This document shows positions 19,805-30,365 of a stretch of 64,000 nt of DNA, piece after piece (within the stretch, counting starts at the first letter, position 1; the number at the start of each line of letters is the position of its first letter). The stretch lies in contig CAXXLL010000003.1 of the NCBI GenBank assembly GCA_963662545.2, positions 2,144,001-2,208,000 of the forward strand. Reading direction: 5' to 3'. The translations under genes were made by a program, and so were the position numbers. The DNA comes from Gammaproteobacteria bacterium (lineage in GTDB: Bacteria; Pseudomonadota; Gammaproteobacteria; Ga0077536). The notes under the pieces are model-generated. The model had not been told where the DNA came from. It did no database searches and saw nothing but the letters and a program-made list of their open reading frames with translations.

Positions 19805-20263
19805 ATGAAAGTCTCGTTTTCAGTCAACGGCACAGAGGTCAGCGGGGACGTGGAACCGCGCACCCTGCTGGTTGATTTTCTCCGCAACGACCTCCGTCTG
19901 ACCGGCACACACGTGGGCTGTGACACCAGCCAGTGCGGCGCCTGCGTCGTTCACGTGGACGGCCGCTCGATCAAGAGCTGCACCCTGCTCGCAGTACAGG
20001 CCGAGGGCACGCAGGTCACGACCATCGAGGGCCTGGCCGACGGCGACACGCTGCATCCCATGCAGGCCGCATTTCGCGAAGAGCACGGCTTGCAGTGCGG
20101 GTTCTGCACGCCCGGCATGATCATGAGCGCGATCGACCTGCTGCAGAACAACGCGGATCCGACGGAAAAGGAGATCCGGGACTGGCTGGAAGGCAACCTG
20201 TGCCGGTGCACGGGCTATCACAACATCGTCAAGTCGATACAAACAGCGGCGAAATCGCAGTAA
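19805..20263 (+). CDS. coxS: CoxS/CutS-family [2Fe-2S] subunit
   Basis: [26 protein letters not shown]. Confidence 0.93.
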   Translation: MKVSFSVNGTEVSGDVEPRTLLVDFLRNDLRLTGTHVGCDTSQCGACVVHVDGRSIKSCTLLAVQAEGTQVTTIEGLADGDTLHPMQAAFREEHGLQCGFCTPGMIMSAIDLLQNNADPTEKEIRDWLEGNLCRCTGYHNIVKSIQTAAKSQ

Positions 20264-20305
20264 GCCCCGCCTTCGTACGCGCGGCCAAGCAAGAGGGAAC
20301 GAACC

Positions 20306-21100
20306 ATGTACCGATTCGATTATCAGGCACCCGACTCGATCGAAGCCGCGCTGGCGGCGTTGCGCGAGAATGACGAGGCGAAGATCATAGCCGGCGGCAT
20401 GACACTGTTGCCGACGATGAAACTGCGTTTGGCACGTCCCGATGTGCTGATCGACATCAACCGCATCGGATCGCTCGCCGGGATCGCGGAGAAGGACGGG
20501 GCGATCGTGATCGGCGCTATGACGCGTCATGCCGACGTCGCCGCCTCGAAGTTCGTACGGGATCGCATTCCCGGTCTCGCGGACCTGGCGGAGGCAATCG
20601 GGGATCCCCAGGTGCGAAACCGCGGCACGCTCGGTGGCTCCGTCGCCAACAACGATCCCACGGCAGACTATCCGGCCGGGCTCGTCGGTCTCGGCGCCAC
20701 GGTCGTCACCGACACCCGCGAGATCGCGGCCGACGATTTCTTCACCGACATGTTCGAAACCGCCCTCAAGGACGACGAGATAATCACCGCCGTGCGCTTC
20801 CCGATTCCCAAACGCGCCGCCTACATGAAGTTTCCCAATCCCGCCTCGCGCTACGCCATCGTCGGCGTCATGGTGGCGGAGGCCCCTCACGGAATCCGTG
20901 TCGCGGTCACCGGGGCCGCGCCCTGCGTGTTTCGGGTGACGGCGATGGAGGATGCACTCGGGCAGGACTTCACGTCGGACGCCATCGCGTCGATCGTGGT
21001 GGACGGCGCCGAATTCAACGAGGACATGCACGCCAGCGCCGAGTATCGCGCCCATCTCGTGAACGTGATGGCCAGGCACGCGGTGGCTGCCGCGGGCTAG
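20306..21100 (+). CDS. coxM: CoxM/CutM-family FAD-binding subunit
   Basis: [34 protein letters not shown]. Confidence 0.93.
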   Translation: MYRFDYQAPDSIEAALAALRENDEAKIIAGGMTLLPTMKLRLARPDVLIDINRIGSLAGIAEKDGAIVIGAMTRHADVAASKFVRDRIPGLADLAEAIGDPQVRNRGTLGGSVANNDPTADYPAGLVGLGATVVTDTREIAADDFFTDMFETALKDDEIITAVRFPIPKRAAYMKFPNPASRYAIVGVMVAEAPHGIRVAVTGAAPCVFRVTAMEDALGQDFTSDAIASIVVDGAEFNEDMHASAEYRAHLVNVMARHAVAAAG

Positions 21101-21254
21101 AGAAGCAGTCTCAAAATGCGCCTGAGACCTTGATACTGCGTTGCACGACCTTCTCCGGTGCGGGGCGGTGAAGCCGCAAATTGGTCATAAACTGCGCTCC
21201 TCGAAGGCCGCGCGCCTTGTCTGAACGCCTCAGGCGCATTTTGAGACCGTTTCT
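21101..21254. repeat. MITE-like element with 26-bp terminal IRs
   Basis: agaagcagtctcaaaatgcgcctgag ... ctcaggcgcattttgagaccgtttct (2 mismatches). Confidence 0.8.
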
Positions 21255-21274
21255 AACCCCGGTATCGGTCTCGG

Positions 21275-22100
21275 CGAACTCGCGAGCGTTTTTGACGACC
21301 TGCGGCCGGACATCGTCGTGACGGTGGCTGATCGGTTCGAAACCATGGCGACCGCGGTGGCGGCGAGTTACCTGAATATTCCGCTCGCGCATATCCAGAG
21401 CGGCGAGGTCACCGGATCCATCGATGAGAAGGTTCGGCATGCGGTGACCGAACGCGCCGATCTGCACTTCGTGGCCTCGCCCCATGCGCAGAAACGTGTT
21501 GAATCGTTGGGTGGGCGCGCGGAGAAGGTGTTCTTGAGCGGTTGTCCGTCCATCGACATCGTCAAGCAGGCACTTAGCTGTCCGGATCCGGATTTCGACG
21601 TGTTCGAGCGCTATACCGGTGTCGGTCCGAGACTCGATCTTTAGGACGGCTATATCGTGGTGATGCAGCACCCTGTCACGACCGAATATGACGAATCGCG
21701 GCGGCACGTAGAGGAGACATTACACGCGGTGAATGATCTCGGCCTCGCGACATTGTGGTTCTGTCCCAACGTGGATGCCGGTGCTGACGGAACGTCGTCC
21801 GGAATTCGCGCTTTTAGTGAGATACATGCGCCGCGGAACATTCACTTTTTCAAAAGCACCGCTCCTGAAGATTTCGTCCGAATTCTAGACAGCAGCGAGT
21901 GCATCGTCGGTAATTCGAGCGCGGGTATACGCGAGTGCGCTTATCTCGGCGTTCCCGCGGTAAACATTGGCAGCCGGCAGGCAGGACGCGGCCGCGGCAC
22001 GAACGTTCGCGATGTCGATTATGACCGCGCGGCGATTAGCGCCGCGATCGAGGCCTATCGGTAGGAAGGACAGCTCGCGCCGGATCTGATCTACGGCGGA
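21275..22100 (+). pseudogene. neuC: UDP-N-acetylglucosamine 2-epimerase (NeuC-like) remnant
   Basis: ADRFE, AHIQSGEVTGSIDEKVRHAVT, QHPVTTE, VGNSSAGIRE; 5' end missing, internal TAG at 21642. Confidence 0.85.
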
Positions 22101-22259
22101 GGCGGGGGAAAAATGGTATTGATCATAGAGCTCCATATCCTGGCTCGTGACTATGATCGTCTCACCGCTCGCTCCAGTCTTGTTGAAATTGTCGTCCGCC
22201 GCGAGGGTTGTCGCGAACAGCATTGCAGCCGCGAATATCGTTACGAATCGGTTCGTCAA
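22100..22259 (-). pseudogene. N-terminal fragment of a signal-peptide-bearing Rid-family-like protein
   Basis: MTNRFVTIFAAAMLFATTLAADD...LYDQYHFSPA, then abuts the neuC remnant. Confidence 0.45.
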
Positions 22260-22296
22260 ATGCTCCCTTAATAGATGTTTTTCAGATGGTTCGAGC

Positions 22297-22683
22297 TCAG
22301 GCTTTAGCGGCGACGAGCTCTACCTCGACCAGCCATTCCGGCTTGGCCAGCGCCTTGACGATAATGCCCGTGGAAGCGGGCCGCGCATCACCAAAGAACT
22401 TGGCGCGGGCTTGCGCCATCGGCCAGAAGTCGTCCTCGCTCGTCACGAAGGTCGTTACTTTGACGACATCATCCATCCCCATTCCGGCGGATTCCAGAAT
22501 CGCCATGAGATTGGTCCAGGTGGCTTCAGTCTGGGCCTCGATTCCATCGGGCGTCGTGCCGTCGGGCAATAGGCCTACCTCCCCCGCGGTGTAGAGGACT
22601 CGCGAGTTCGGCGGGATCTCAATGCCGTGGCTGTAGGCTGCGACCGGCGGCGCGATCGTGTCGGGTACATGCTTCTTGTTCAT
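22297..22683 (-). CDS. RidA/YjgF family protein
   Basis: YSHGIE, NLMAILESAG, RPAST, LVEVELVA; RBS ggagg before ATG 22683. Confidence 0.92.
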   Translation of the reverse strand: MNKKHVPDTIAPPVAAYSHGIEIPPNSRVLYTAGEVGLLPDGTTPDGIEAQTEATWTNLMAILESAGMGMDDVVKVTTFVTSEDDFWPMAQARAKFFGDARPASTGIIVKALAKPEWLVEVELVAAKA

Positions 22684-22704
22684 GGGACCTCCGTTGTTGT
22701 GAGT

Positions 22705-22973
22705 AGAAGCGGTCTCAAAATTATACGGGGTCGCGCCGCTGGCTGTTTTCGCGAAGTTCAAGGCGCGAGGAGCGTGGTTGACCGGGTGTCAATGAGCGAC
22801 GAGCAACGCCGAAATGCGCGAAAACAGGTGGCGGCCCTCCGGGTTGGTACCCAAAAAGCCCATCTACCGCGTTGCAGCGCTTGAACATAGAACCACTATG
22901 CCCTGCGCACTGCGCCTTGTAGCTGGGCTTTTTGGGTACCAACGCGACCCCGTATAATTTTGAGACCGCTTCT
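22705..22973. repeat. MITE-like element with 31-bp perfect terminal IRs and a nested 25-bp IR
   Basis: agaagcggtctcaaaattatacggggtcgcg at both ends; inner IR gttggtacccaaaaagccca(t/g)ctac. Confidence 0.85.
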
Positions 22974-23058
22974 CGGAAGATGATGATTTTGGCTACTCCG
23001 CGGGCTGCCACCTCGTTTCGGGTTGACGCGCGCTGCGCCGCCCCGCGCGATCCGCCGC

Positions 23059-23511
23059 TCAGGCTTCGACGAGCTCGAGAACGATGCCGTCCGGATCCCG
23101 GAAGCAGCAGAACTTGAAGTCGCCGAAGGGCGGGAAGTTCAGCGTCTGCGGGGGCGAGAGAAACGCCACGCCCTTGTCCTTGAGATCGCCGTAGGTCTTG
23201 TCGATGTCGTCGACTTTGAGCGCGATGCGCCCGATCCCGTTGTTGCTGCACTCGGGGTAAGGCCGGCCCGTCATCGCGGGCTCGATCCATTGCTCGACGT
23301 CGATGATCAGTCCATCCTCGTCGTCACCTAGGCGTATGAGCGCCCAGCGCATGCGACCGTTCCCTTCATAGCCAAAACCTCTGGCGAGGATGGGATTGTC
23401 GACCGTGAGCTCGCCTTCGACCACGGAAAAGCCCAGCACGTCACAGTAAAACGCGAGCGTTCTGTCCAGATCCTCTATCACGATGTTGATGTGAAATATT
23501 CGCTGCAGCAT
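23059..23511 (-). CDS. VOC/glyoxalase family protein
   Basis: HINIVIEDLDRTLAFYCDVLGF, IALKVDDID, FRDPDGIVLELVE. Confidence 0.92.
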   Translation of the reverse strand: MLQRIFHINIVIEDLDRTLAFYCDVLGFSVVEGELTVDNPILARGFGYEGNGRMRWALIRLGDDEDGLIIDVEQWIEPAMTGRPYPECSNNGIGRIALKVDDIDKTYGDLKDKGVAFLSPPQTLNFPPFGDFKFCCFRDPDGIVLELVEA

Positions 23512-23930
23512 GGCTTGTCTCCTCTTTCGTTGATAATGGCCGCGGCGCACGCCTACCAGAGCGCCTATCCGCTCACGGACCGGCGCCCGCCGCTGAAAGG
23601 TTGTTGCCCTGAACAGCGGACATCTGCCTCGAGCGGATCAGGCACGACGCACTCTACGCCGAGGGGGAAACTGACGATTAGGTTCCGCAGCACGCTCACA
23701 GGTTCCGGAGCATCTCGTCCTGCTCGCGGCGCTGCTGCTCGGGAAGTTCCTGGTCCAGCGTGCCCTGCCTTTCGATCTCCCTGTCGACATAGGTGCTCCA
23801 CTGCCGCGCAGCCTTGGCGCTACGCTTGTCGGCCCCTTCGCTGTCGCCGGGCAGGTCGGCGGCTGAAGGGCCCCATACCCTCAGCGCCGTAACGCGCCGC
23901 GGCCATCGAGCGCGGATCTTCGACCCGCAC

Positions 23931-24332
23931 TCAATCGAGCAGCGCGATGCACTCGATCTCGAGCATCAGCTCCGGCGCGGCCAGGCGGGTGCAGCCAATC
24001 CAGGTCGAGGCCGGCGGCGCCGACGCCGCTTCCTCGTAGAACCGGGTGCGAATGTCGTTGTTCGCTTCCAGCGCCTCAATGTCGGTGGTGAAGACGGTTT
24101 CCTTGATCACGTTCTGCAAGGTCGCGCCGTTCGCCTCGAGCGTTTCCTTGAGATCGGTGTAGACCTGCGTGACCTGTGCCTTCATGTCGCCCTCGCCGAT
24201 GATGTTCCCCTCGGCGTCCCAGCTGACGGAGCCCGAGATGAACAACATGTTGCCGGCCTTGCACGCCTGCGCATAGAAGAAGCCTTTCTCGAGGTCGGGG
24301 CGCTTGTGATAGATCTGTTTGGCCTTGGGCAT
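23931..24332 (-). CDS. RidA/YjgF family protein
   Basis: YAQACKAGNMLFISG, PASTWIG, LEIECIA. Confidence 0.92.
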   Translation of the reverse strand: MPKAKQIYHKRPDLEKGFFYAQACKAGNMLFISGSVSWDAEGNIIGEGDMKAQVTQVYTDLKETLEANGATLQNVIKETVFTTDIEALEANNDIRTRFYEEAASAPPASTWIGCTRLAAPELMLEIECIALLD

Positions 24333-24455
24333 GGTGGTTCCTCCGAATTATCGTTCTCTGTTTAAGTTTAACGGATCGGCACGCCGGGCGGAGTCGGTGA
24401 CTCCGCCCGGACGCATTGAGAGTTTACACATATTGGCGGCTCGCGCCGCGCTTGA

Positions 24456-26900
24456 CTAGAAGTTGACGCGCACGGTTCCGTAGAACCACCTCGGTCGATC
24501 GAAGAAGCGCTGGATGCTGCCGAAGTCCCCTCCGACATCGAAGATCTGTGTGGAGTAGAACTGATCGGCGATATTCTTGATCGCAAACGCCGCCTCCCAG
24601 CGGCCGTCTTCGCTGGCGTAGCTGACGCGCGTGTTGCCGATAACGTATGCCGACTGCACGCCCGCGGGTGCGTTGGTCAGGAGGAAGTTGAATTCGGTCC
24701 GGTAGTTGAAGTCCGCCTGCAAGGCGAAGCGGCCGGCAAAGAACGTGTTTTTGAACACTGGCTGGAACTGGTAGCGCACCAGGCCGTTGACGGTCCACAT
24801 CGGCGACTTCGGGATTGTGCGTTCAAACGGGTTGGAGGGGAACCCGGCCCCTGTGTTGGCGAAATCGAGATCAAAGACCTTCGTTTGCAAGTACGAGACG
24901 CCGCCCACGAAATCCAGGCCGCGCCACGGCGAGCCCTGGAACTCGAGTTCGGCCCCGTAGACTTGGGCGTCTTTGTTGAGCACTAACTGCGACAGTCCCT
25001 CGAAGATAAAGGCTTGAAACTTTTCGTAGTCGTAGTAGAACATGGCCCCATTCAAGCGTATCCTGTTTTCGTAGGCGCTCAGCTTGAAGCCGAGTTCGTA
25101 GGCTTTGAGGACCTCTTCATCGAATGGAACATTCTCGGGCCTTATGGTGTCGGCTGCGAGCGCCGCATTGAAGCCACCGCCCTTGACGCCGCGGTTCCAA
25201 GTGAAATACGCCAGCAGGTCGTCGTTGACGTCCCATTCGAGCCCGATTTTGGCCGACCACAGGCCCTTATTGTAGTTGGCGAGCGTGCCGGCCGAGTCTT
25301 CGCTGAAGACGTACAAGACCGCGCCGATTTCCTGGGTGTGCAAGCGATCTTTTTGGCCCGGGATCCGCTCGTCCCACACGGCGAGATGATGCTGCATGTT
25401 GTAGTCTTTCTGCTCCTCGATCCAACGGAAGCCCGTGATCAGCGTAAAGTCAGGGCGCAGGTCGAATTCGGTCTGAAAAAAGACTGAATACGAATCCGTA
25501 TTCTGTTCCCAGGAAGTTTGCAAGACGAGGGTGCCTTCCGGATGCGACGTGGGCTGGGGGCCGCAGGTGTTGATTAAATCGGGGAAATTGGCTCCGAAGC
25601 ACGGAACGAGGGTACCCGCGGGACCGATCAGCCCATCGGCCGGTATAACGCCGCCGTCGAATACAGCGTGATCGACCGTGAAACCGGTGCCGTACTCGCC
25701 ACGGATTTTCAGGTAGTAGAGACCCGCCACCCAGCGAAAGTTCTCCATTTCCCCGTTGAAGCGGATCTCCTGCGTGAACTGCTCGGCGTTGTTATCGAGG
25801 AAAAAATTCAAAGCAGTGAGCGGCCCGTTTTCGCTGTCTTCCTGATACGTCTTGTCGGTGTGGGCATAGTCGGTGATGGAGACGAAGTCGAACCTGTCGA
25901 AAGACCATTCCAGGCGGGCGCCGCCGCCCCACGTGTGCAGGTCGGCGAACCCGATGACGTCGTGGCTGAGCGTGAGGGGGTCGTCGTCTGGCTCTTTATG
26001 ACCGAGATGATCGCAGCCGGGGCATATGATCGCGCCCGGCGGCGAGGCACTGTGGAGTACGGTGTCTCCCCGTCTGAAGCCGAAACCGTTGGCCGGATTT
26101 TGGTCGCCCGGTATGGTGTCGGCGGCACCGTCGACGACCTCGCTGTACGCGCCCCGGCCGTTGACGAGGAGGCTCACGTCATCGTTGACCTCGAACAGGA
26201 CCTGCCCGCGGAACGCAGCTGCGTTATCGTCGAACTGGTCCGGCCCGACGCGGTTTTCGGCATAGGGGTCGTGCCAATTCCCCGAGCCCGAGAAGCGGGC
26301 GGATACCTGCTTGGTAAGAGGGCCGCCGATCGCGAACTCGACACCCTTGTTATCGTACGAACCGTATTTGGCTTGGACGTACCCATCGAATTCCTGCGAC
26401 GGCTTATTGGTGACGAACGACACCGTACCGCCGGTCGCGTTACGGCCGTACAGCGTGCCCTGCGGTCCGCGCAGTATTTCGACGCGCTCCAGATCGAACA
26501 GCTGGAAACCGGCGCCGGAGGACTGACTGATATACGCCTCGTCGATATAGATCGACACCGGGTGCTCCTGGTGATCGGCGAAATCGGTCTGGATGACGCC
26601 GCGGATGGCAACACCGTATGACGCGCGGGAGTTGGGCTGCACGAGCTGCACGCCCGGCGCCATGTCGAACACCATCGTTGACCGTTCATAGCCGAGTGCG
26701 TTGATCTGATCGCCCGACATCGCGGTGACCGCGATGCCGATGTCCTGGACGTTCTGCTCGCGTTTCTGCGCGGTGACGACGACCTCTTCCATATACACTT
26801 GCGCGCCGGCGTTCATGCCGGTGAGGAAAACGGCTGCTGCGACGATTGAAATTAAAGTTATTGAACGCGAACGGGCTCGCTCGGATGACGGCTGATGCAT
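24456..26900 (-). CDS. TonB-dependent receptor
   Basis: EEVVVTAQKRE, ERVEILRGPQGTLYGRNATGG, C-terminal VRVNF. Confidence 0.95.
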   Translation of the reverse strand: MHQPSSERARSRSITLISIVAAAVFLTGMNAGAQVYMEEVVVTAQKREQNVQDIGIAVTAMSGDQINALGYERSTMVFDMAPGVQLVQPNSRASYGVAIRGVIQTDFADHQEHPVSIYIDEAYISQSSGAGFQLFDLERVEILRGPQGTLYGRNATGGTVSFVTNKPSQEFDGYVQAKYGSYDNKGVEFAIGGPLTKQVSARFSGSGNWHDPYAENRVGPDQFDDNAAAFRGQVLFEVNDDVSLLVNGRGAYSEVVDGAADTIPGDQNPANGFGFRRGDTVLHSASPPGAIICPGCDHLGHKEPDDDPLTLSHDVIGFADLHTWGGGARLEWSFDRFDFVSITDYAHTDKTYQEDSENGPLTALNFFLDNNAEQFTQEIRFNGEMENFRWVAGLYYLKIRGEYGTGFTVDHAVFDGGVIPADGLIGPAGTLVPCFGANFPDLINTCGPQPTSHPEGTLVLQTSWEQNTDSYSVFFQTEFDLRPDFTLITGFRWIEEQKDYNMQHHLAVWDERIPGQKDRLHTQEIGAVLYVFSEDSAGTLANYNKGLWSAKIGLEWDVNDDLLAYFTWNRGVKGGGFNAALAADTIRPENVPFDEEVLKAYELGFKLSAYENRIRLNGAMFYYDYEKFQAFIFEGLSQLVLNKDAQVYGAELEFQGSPWRGLDFVGGVSYLQTKVFDLDFANTGAGFPSNPFERTIPKSPMWTVNGLVRYQFQPVFKNTFFAGRFALQADFNYRTEFNFLLTNAPAGVQSAYVIGNTRVSYASEDGRWEAAFAIKNIADQFYSTQIFDVGGDFGSIQRFFDRPRWFYGTVRVNF

Positions 26901-27089
26901 GATTAGGCTCCCCCACCTATGTTGCTGAAACCCAACAGATCGGACGTTAAGTTTCTACTATTTACCGGAGCATAACATTGCCGATGTAGAAACGCACCAG
27001 AGATCGCACCTTTATTTTGCGTATGTGGCAGCACAACGACAACCGTCTTGACCTACGCCGACAGGATTGGTTCCTCCGCATTATCGTTC

Positions 27090-27207
27090 TCTCATCTTCC
27101 ATCATCTGTGCAGCGGCATTCATGCCGGTCAGAAAAACCATTGCTGCAATGATTGAGATTAACGGTGCGAAACGCGCCCGCGTTCCCCGGAATGACGTGT
27201 GATGCAT
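27090..27207 (-). pseudogene. Signal-peptide-only remnant of a paralogous TonB receptor
   Basis: MHHTSFRGTRARFAPLISIIAAMVFLTGMNAAAQMMED matches the receptor N-terminus; the upstream leader is also duplicated. Confidence 0.7.
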
Positions 27208-27418
27208 AGTCGGCTTCCCCCACCTATGTTGCTGGGACGCAACACAACCAACGTTAAAGTTCCGTTATCGGCTCAGCATAACGTTAATGCGTAAATGCGT
27301 ATCGAAATGCACCAGGGATGGCCAGGCCTGGTGCGTTTGTGGCAGCGGAACAACATACGCCTTGACCTATGCCACCACGGCGTGAGGCAATAGCCCAATA
27401 ACCAAGGAGTTCAGCATC

Positions 27419-29263
27419 ATGCGCCAGCATGCGATCGCCACCCTTACCGCCTTTCTCGTACTCGCTACTACGGCCACTAGTGCCGCCGAAGGTACCGCTC
27501 CGGATCCAGCGGCCATCTACCAGGCGCGCTGTGCGATGTGTCACGACCTCGGGGTGGTCGCGCCGACTACCGACCAGATGGGACGCATGACGGTCGAAGA
27601 GATCGAGGCCTCGCTGTGGCACGGCACGATGCAGGAGCACGCCAACGGTTTGTCGCGCGGCGAACGCTTGATGATTTCGCGCATGCTCGCGTCGAAAGGG
27701 ACCGGTGAGAAGAAACGCGAGTCGGGTATAAAACGCTGCGCATCCAAAGACGCCAAACCGGCGGCACAAGGTGCCTGGCCCGGCTGGTCAGTCAATAACC
27801 GCTTCGCGCGCCACGTGGCCGACGCCAGCATGACGGCCGAGCGCGTCGCCGGCATCAAGCTGAAGTGGGCGCATACCATGCCCATCAGTACTGCGTTCTC
27901 GGGTTTAGGTAACTCGGTCGCGGTCAGGGATGGACGCGTTTATAGCGGCAGCATCAACCACTGGGTCTATGCGCTGGATGCCGAATCCGGTTGCGCCTAT
28001 TGGGCGTTCCGGGCCGAGGGCCGCGTGCGTTCGAACATGGCGCTCGAGGGCGACACCGTGGTGTTCGGCGATCTGATGGCGAATGTCTACGCGCTCGACG
28101 TGAACGACGGCTCCTTGCGTTGGCGCACGCGGATCGACTGGAGCCCGGGTGCGCGCATCACGGGTAATGTGACTGCGCACAAGGGCGTGGTCTACGCACC
28201 GGTATCGAGTCTCGAGGAAGTGCTGGTGATGAAATTGGACATCCCGTGCTGCCTGACCCGCGGCGCGGTCGTCGCGCTGGATATCAAGACCGGCCAGATC
28301 ATCTGGAAGACGTATACCATCGACCAGTACGCCGAATACCTGGGTCACAATAAGATGGGCATCGCGCGCTTCGGTCCGTCCGGCGTGCCGGTGTGGTCCG
28401 GCATCAGCGTCGACGACAAGCGTGGCGTGGTCTACGTCGGTAACGGTAACCAGTTCACCGAGCCGCGGGTGGAGGAATCGGACGCCGTCATGGCGCTCGA
28501 CATGCAGACGGGCAAGAAGCGCTGGGTGAAAGGACTCGCGCCGGAGCAGATGGGCGGGCAGGATATCTATCACCTGGCCTGCGAGGCCTGGTGGGATCCC
28601 GAGCGCAAGGGCTGTTCGCCCGAGAATCCCAAGGGCCAGGGCGACCGCGACATCGGCGCGCCGCCGATCCTCACGACCCGGCCTGACGGCAAGGACGTGA
28701 TAGTCGTCGGAACAAAAGACGGCATGCTCTACACCCTCGATCCCGACAACGACGGCGCGGTGATATGGAACATCCGCGTCGGCAAGGGTGGTGAAGCCGG
28801 CGGTATCGAGTACGGCGTCGCGTCCGACGGACGCTATGCCTTCGCACCGGTGGTCGACATGGACGTCGACTTGATTTCCAACGGCTCGCTGACTGCGGTC
28901 GATCTCATGACCGGCAAGTCGGTGTGGCGGGTCGAGAACATCGACGCCCGCTGCGAAGGTAAGAAGAAACCACCCTGCGGCACGGCGGTCAACACACCGC
29001 CGACGGTCGTCGGTGACGTGGTGTTCGTCGGTTTGATCGACGGGACCCTCCGCGCTTATGCGATCGACAGCGGCACCGAGGTCTGGGTTTACGACACCGT
29101 GCGCGATTACGAGGGCGTCAACGGATTGAAGGGTCGTGGCGGATCGCTCGGCAACGGGGGGCCCGTGGTGGCCGGCGACCGGTTGTATATCAACAGCGGT
29201 TTCAACATCTTCAACGTCGGGATGACGGGGAACGTGTTGCTATCGTTCGAAATTCCGCGTTGA
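27419..29263 (+). CDS. PQQ-dependent dehydrogenase with N-terminal cytochrome c (PVA dehydrogenase-like)
   Basis: Signal peptide, CAMCH, PQQ beta-propeller Trp repeats, PCC..RG, GPSGVPVWS, GGIEYG. Confidence 0.9.
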   Translation: MRQHAIATLTAFLVLATTATSAAEGTAPDPAAIYQARCAMCHDLGVVAPTTDQMGRMTVEEIEASLWHGTMQEHANGLSRGERLMISRMLASKGTGEKKRESGIKRCASKDAKPAAQGAWPGWSVNNRFARHVADASMTAERVAGIKLKWAHTMPISTAFSGLGNSVAVRDGRVYSGSINHWVYALDAESGCAYWAFRAEGRVRSNMALEGDTVVFGDLMANVYALDVNDGSLRWRTRIDWSPGARITGNVTAHKGVVYAPVSSLEEVLVMKLDIPCCLTRGAVVALDIKTGQIIWKTYTIDQYAEYLGHNKMGIARFGPSGVPVWSGISVDDKRGVVYVGNGNQFTEPRVEESDAVMALDMQTGKKRWVKGLAPEQMGGQDIYHLACEAWWDPERKGCSPENPKGQGDRDIGAPPILTTRPDGKDVIVVGTKDGMLYTLDPDNDGAVIWNIRVGKGGEAGGIEYGVASDGRYAFAPVVDMDVDLISNGSLTAVDLMTGKSVWRVENIDARCEGKKKPPCGTAVNTPPTVVGDVVFVGLIDGTLRAYAIDSGTEVWVYDTVRDYEGVNGLKGRGGSLGNGGPVVAGDRLYINSGFNIFNVGMTGNVLLSFEIPR

Positions 29264-30357
29264 TAGAGTCTATGGACGGCTCATAGGTTAGTTCTTAAGC
29301 GGCCGCATGAACATGGTGGAGGCCGAGTTTGAGTCGTCCCGAAATGCAATCGCGGCCAGGTTTTGCGCGCTGAGCGTTGCTGGCCAAATAGCGCAACGCG
29401 CGTTCGAGCGGTCGGTGTAAAGCGCGGGGCCGATGGATAAGCGTATGGAGAATGGGACCGAGCACGTGATGAATGCACTTGGCCGCGGTATGAGTCGAGA
29501 TGGCGACGTTCAACCAGCGCTCGGTGACATGAGCGCAATAGCGCTGCAGCGTTGCGGCGCATAGTGCGGCCCAGATAAGCCCTTCGGCGATGTGCGGGTT
29601 GGCGGTATCAAAGGCGTGTAGATTGGCGTAAGACTTCCACTCTTTGAAGAGCAGTTCTACCTGCCAGCGCAAGCGATACGCGTCGCTGACATGCTCGGGG
29701 GTAAAGGTGGCGGCGTCGAGATTGGTGATGAGATAACGAGGCGCTGTGCCTTTGAGGTTGGGGTGCACGACTAAACGACAGGTCCAAGGTTCCTGCACGC
29801 CGTCGAATTGCACGACCATGTCGAGGCAGTCGAAACGCTTTAACGTCGATGCCACCGCTTTCAAGCGTTGATTCTCAAAGCGTTTAACCCGCCGCCCATG
29901 GGTCTGACGAGCGCACAGGATCAGCGGATTGATGCCCTGACCCGCGCGCACGATGAAATGGCCGCCGGCGGTGTCGAGCGCTTCAAAGTAAGGCCGTGCG
30001 AAGTAGCCACGGTCGGCCAGCAACAAACCGCCAGCGACCTCTTCAACCGCCGGCAAGAACTGCCGCTCTGCTGAGCTGTCAGGGCTGAGTACGACCTCGT
30101 TCAGGGTCTCACTGAGCAGGTCGAGATCGGCATGGAGTTCCACCGCGGCGGGACTCACGGTCGTGAAGCGACCGGGAAAGCTGTCCTTCAGCGCCGGTTT
30201 TAACGCAAACGAGGTGCCGTCCTGGATGCGGATGTGGTCAAACTGCGCAAATGGGCTGTTGGGTTCGAATCGGAGGACATCGCAGGCCAGGCCATTGAGC
30301 AATTCGCTCAGCAGCGCTTGCATAAACATCGGAAACTGCTTTTTAGCGAGCTGATTA
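29264..30357 (-). mobile_element. IS4 family element, 5'-truncated (transposase remnant 29295-30357)
   Basis: HNQLAK, QDGTSF, LLADRGY, YRLRWQVELLFKEWKS. Confidence 0.9.
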
Positions 30358-30365
30358 TGAATCAG
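30351..30365. other. Putative att core CTGA-TTATGAA-TCAG
   Basis: 4-bp IR around a 7-bp spacer, at the IS4 truncation point, ~180 bp upstream of the integrase. Confidence 0.6.

Noticed and set aside
19820-21079. Long antisense ORFs here and over IS, TonB and int genes
   Set aside because: Shadow frames of high-GC coding sequence with no motifs.
19805-21100. Aerobic CO dehydrogenase capability
   Set aside because: No large subunit, so substrate cannot be assigned.
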